Virus record (IMG/VR): IMGVR_UViG_3300044476_000078
Coordinates: 1 to 26,192 of that record
Strand: one strand, 5' to 3'
From: a virus
Lineage: Duplodnaviria; Caudoviricetes
Length of the DNA: 26,192 nucleotides
Under the pieces are notes generated by a model. It searched no databases, was not told the origin of the DNA, and saw only the letters and a program-made list of their open reading frames with translations. A program made the translations under genes and the position numbers. Positions 23,810-26,192 of this stretch are shown one piece after another; position 1 is the first letter of the stretch, and the number at the start of each line of letters is the position of its first letter.

Positions 23810-23941
23810 ATGGTGAAGGTTGAATACTCAGGGAAGTACAACCAGTGGTTCGAGAAGATTTTTTATAACATTGAAGCAGCGCAAGATTTCATGTACCGGC
23901 AGATCAGCAAGGGCTGGGATGCTGAAATGATAATGATTTAA
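23810..23941 (+). CDS. 43-aa early protein (not in the ORF track)
   Basis: GGGAGG SD; MVKVEYSGKYNQWFEKIFYNIEAAQDFMYRQISKGWDAEMIMI. Confidence 0.7.
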   Translation: MVKVEYSGKYNQWFEKIFYNIEAAQDFMYRQISKGWDAEMIMI

Positions 23942-23955
23942 TAAGGAGGTTTCCA

Positions 23956-24168
23956 ATGGCAACCATTGAAGAAAAAATCGGGACAGTTGGATCTGTCGGA
24001 AAAAAGATTCTTGAGCAGAGCAATATTCAAGGACTCTTCTTCGTGCCGGTCCCGGGCAAGCCGTGGAGTTGGTCAGCGTGGATCAAGTATGAGGGAAAGG
24101 GCATGTACGAGCCCACAAGCGCGGAGGCTTATTATGGGAATACTAAAGACAATTATCTCGGTGATTAA
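23956..24168 (+). CDS. Small hypothetical early protein
   Basis: 70 aa, TAAGGAGG SD. Confidence 0.7.
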   Translation: MATIEEKIGTVGSVGKKILEQSNIQGLFFVPVPGKPWSWSAWIKYEGKGMYEPTSAEAYYGNTKDNYLGD

Positions 24169-24231
24169 TTCACCGCTGGACGAGTCGGATCAGGTGAAGG
24201 ACATGTTTAACTGGATATAAAGGAGGCTTAA

Positions 24232-24483
24232 ATGAAAAATTATCACACGGCCAATAAGTGGTCAACGAAGTCAAACAGCTACATCACGGTCAAGAGCACT
24301 CTGGATGATACGCGCTTAACGATCAGCCTTCCGACGGAGCTGTTCCCGGGCCATCCGGGATCCACGTTCATCGCGTTCAATAACGGCAAGGCCAGCATGA
24401 ACCTGTTCATCTCCGACGCTGGAGTCGTGCGAATCGAGCGCTGGAACGCTAAGAAGAAGGAATTCGAAACAATCGTTGCTTAA
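24232..24483 (+). CDS. Small hypothetical early protein
   Basis: 83 aa, AAGGAGG SD. Confidence 0.7.
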   Translation: MKNYHTANKWSTKSNSYITVKSTLDDTRLTISLPTELFPGHPGSTFIAFNNGKASMNLFISDAGVVRIERWNAKKKEFETIVA

Positions 24484-24493
24484 GGAGGAAATT

Positions 24494-24709
24494 ATGACAA
24501 TGTACGCAACCACCAATTTCAAGAGCAAGAAGGCCTTCAAGGAAGCCGTCGCTGCCGGCCAGAAGGTCGGATACTACCAGCCCGGACCGTTCGGAGGAAA
24601 CGAGCCGAAGGATGGAACGGTTTACTTCGAGGGGCCGCATTATCCCGAGCCTCATAAGTGGTATGCCGAAGCGCAGGTCAAAGATGGATACGTTGTGAAG
24701 GTCAAATAA
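24494..24709 (+). CDS. Small conserved-looking phage protein of unknown function
   Basis: Start revised to ATG 24494 (TAAGGAGG SD); NFKSKKAFKEAV...YQPGPFG...EGPHYPEPHKWYA. Confidence 0.75.
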   Translation: MTMYATTNFKSKKAFKEAVAAGQKVGYYQPGPFGGNEPKDGTVYFEGPHYPEPHKWYAEAQVKDGYVVKVK

Positions 24710-24718
24710 GGAGGCGCC

Positions 24719-24877
24719 ATGTCAGTGACAATATATAGGGAAGCCAGTTTCCATAAAGCCCAGATGATCCGCGATGAAGCGATGAAGGATCCTCAGGTGC
24801 TTGCCATCGTGGTGCTGGACAAGGAAGACGGAAATTATCAGGTGATCGTTTCCGACGCTGCTAAGTATTCAAAATAA
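24719..24877 (+). CDS. 52-aa early protein (not in the ORF track)
   Basis: TAAGGAGG SD; MSVTIYREASFHKAQMIRDEAMKDPQVLAIVVLDKEDGNYQVIVSDAAKYSK. Confidence 0.7.
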   Translation: MSVTIYREASFHKAQMIRDEAMKDPQVLAIVVLDKEDGNYQVIVSDAAKYSK

Positions 24878-24886
24878 GGAGGATCT

Positions 24887-25276
24887 ATGGAAGGCTTCGA
24901 TAAGGAAAATCGACGGTACAAAAAGTATTACGCGCTCAACGAAGAGGAAAAGATTCGCTTTGCGGATCGCAAGCGCACTCACATCTCAGTCACGCTCAGC
25001 TACACGAAAGGCGGAACGAATTACTTCACCGGGTACAAGTATCCGAGAGGATACCGTATTTCGGTTACGCCGGTCACGATCAGCGGACCGTTCGAAGAAT
25101 GCACGCTGCTGGGAAGCGTTCACGAATCAGGATTCTGTATCCACGTCGAGAGCGCTGAGCGTTATAAGGAAAAGCGGTTTTTGGAGATCGCCTCAAAGAT
25201 GCCGTTCAACGAAATCGGTGCGGCCGTCGCTGCTCTGGACAATGCGAAGGCTGCCAATCTAGTGTCGAACATTTAA
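24887..25276 (+). CDS. Hypothetical early protein
   Basis: 129 aa, TAAGGAGG SD; LSYTKGGTNYFTG...RGYRISVTP. Confidence 0.75.
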   Translation: MEGFDKENRRYKKYYALNEEEKIRFADRKRTHISVTLSYTKGGTNYFTGYKYPRGYRISVTPVTISGPFEECTLLGSVHESGFCIHVESAERYKEKRFLEIASKMPFNEIGAAVAALDNAKAANLVSNI

Positions 25277-25289
25277 CAGGGAGAAAATC

Positions 25290-25598
25290 ATGTGGAATCC
25301 ACCAACAGAAAAACAGTTGGCAAAACTTCCGAAGCTTTACTCGACGGAAGACGTCGCTCTTAAGGATAAGAAAATTCTCATGCACTTCTTTATCGGTGCA
25401 TGCGATTGGTACGCTGCGGAGTATTCCGACGGGATGTTCTTCGGATACTCCAATATGGGAGACGACCAGTGCGCCGAGTGGGGAAACTTCAGTCTTGCCG
25501 AGCTTAAGGCCGTGAAGATTGGATACGTCGAGGTTGACAGGGATCTATTTTGGAAACCGATCAAGGCAAGCGAAGTCAAACGAATTACGAACCTGTAA
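25290..25598 (+). CDS. DUF2958-like protein
   Basis: LPKLYSTE...HFF...WYAAE...FFGY...EWGNFSLAEL...VDRDLFW matches the DUF2958 pattern as recalled. Confidence 0.8.
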   Translation: MWNPPTEKQLAKLPKLYSTEDVALKDKKILMHFFIGACDWYAAEYSDGMFFGYSNMGDDQCAEWGNFSLAELKAVKIGYVEVDRDLFWKPIKASEVKRITNL

Positions 25599-25613
25599 AG
25601 CAAGGGGGCTGGT

Positions 25614-25796
25614 ATGGCATGGATAATGGAAGTTAAGGTCCCGGACCTTCAAACCGGGAAAATGGGATGGGAGGCTATCAGGCCAAGCAGGGGGACTCGC
25701 TACGAGTACCCTACTTACCGCGAAGCGTACGAGATGCTTCGTATATGTTACCCTGAACAATCATACGGCGAGGAAGTGAGGGTTAGAGAATGTTAA
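25614..25796 (+). CDS. Small hypothetical early protein
   Basis: 60 aa, AAGGGGG SD, overlaps the next start. Confidence 0.65.
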   Translation: MAWIMEVKVPDLQTGKMGWEAIRPSRGTRYEYPTYREAYEMLRICYPEQSYGEEVRVREC

Positions 25797-26119
25797 AGCC
25801 ACTGACCAAACAAAAACAAGCGCTTATCGTTAACAGCGTCAAGCGCTGCTTTGAAACAAACAGCATCGACTATCTCACGAAGACCGCTTACAACTATCTG
25901 TATCTTTGCAGCGGTTTTATCGCGCACTATAACTGGCACGGATTCATGGGGCATTATGAAAACGTCATGGATCTGGCCATGAACATCATCCGCAACAAGG
26001 ACATGAACATGTGGTCGAATTTCAGGCCCGGGGATGAGCACTACGAGTATTACATGAGCAAGAAGGCTGTCTACGAGAAGCTTTTCAATGAGGCTAAGTT
26101 TTATATGGCAACCCTATAA
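25790..26119 (+). CDS. Hypothetical early protein
   Basis: 109 aa, GAGG SD; LTKTAYNYLYLCSGFIAHYNWHGF. Confidence 0.7.
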   Translation: MLKPLTKQKQALIVNSVKRCFETNSIDYLTKTAYNYLYLCSGFIAHYNWHGFMGHYENVMDLAMNIIRNKDMNMWSNFRPGDEHYEYYMSKKAVYEKLFNEAKFYMATL

Positions 26120-26129
26120 GGAGGTTCGT

Positions 26130-26192
26130 ATGCCAGACGATATGCCAGATGAAATTCTCGAGGAGAAACTCGAGCAGTGGAAGGATAGGAGA
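26130..26192 (+). CDS. Start of a further early gene (truncated by the window edge)
   Basis: TAAGGAGG SD then ATG: MPDDMPDEILEEKLEQWKDRR... Confidence 0.6.
   Translation, partial: MPDDMPDEILEEKLEQWKDRR

Noticed and set aside
23446-23810. CI/Cro repressor pair or integrase at the divergent region; ORF 23555-23779
   Set aside because: No HTH or recombinase ORF is present, and the minus-strand ORF overlaps the promoter and hairpin leader without protein-like features. Lifestyle cannot be determined from this window.
1-26192. Stop-codon reassignment
   Set aside because: Long genes are intact in the standard code, and TAA, TGA and TAG all occur at coupled gene ends.

Overview
This window is a contiguous piece of a tailed dsDNA phage (Caudoviricetes) or prophage with a podovirus-like gene set. 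A divergent control region at about 23235-23810 separates two arms. The rightward arm (23810-26192) is a run of small early genes, including a DUF2958-like protein. The leftward arm runs in this order: CHC2 zinc-finger protein, D5/P4-type SF3 helicase, iteron-rich AT-rich origin, small genes, small and large terminase, portal, scaffold, major capsid, Thr-rich capsid-associated protein, a duplicated GT9 glycosyltransferase plus SAM methyltransferase cassette, a block of signal-peptide-bearing fibre/beta-helix/LamG proteins, small membrane/lysis genes, then tail adaptor and nozzle (truncated at the left edge). Four things stand out. (1) An apparently RNA-only switch lies upstream of the replication operon: leader peptide, intrinsic terminator, and a three-way junction whose two CUCCC loops match the leader's Shine-Dalgarno sites. 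No repressor gene is visible in the window. (2) A candidate virion glycosylation/methylation cassette sits inside the head module. (3) Five consecutive late proteins look Sec-exported and share short docking-like motifs; one is a 47-aa mini-protein absent from the ORF track. (4) Two genes share a 47-aa C-terminal module that is nearly identical in protein but heavily recoded in DNA. All calls come from motif reading and synteny by eye; no searches or folding programs were run.
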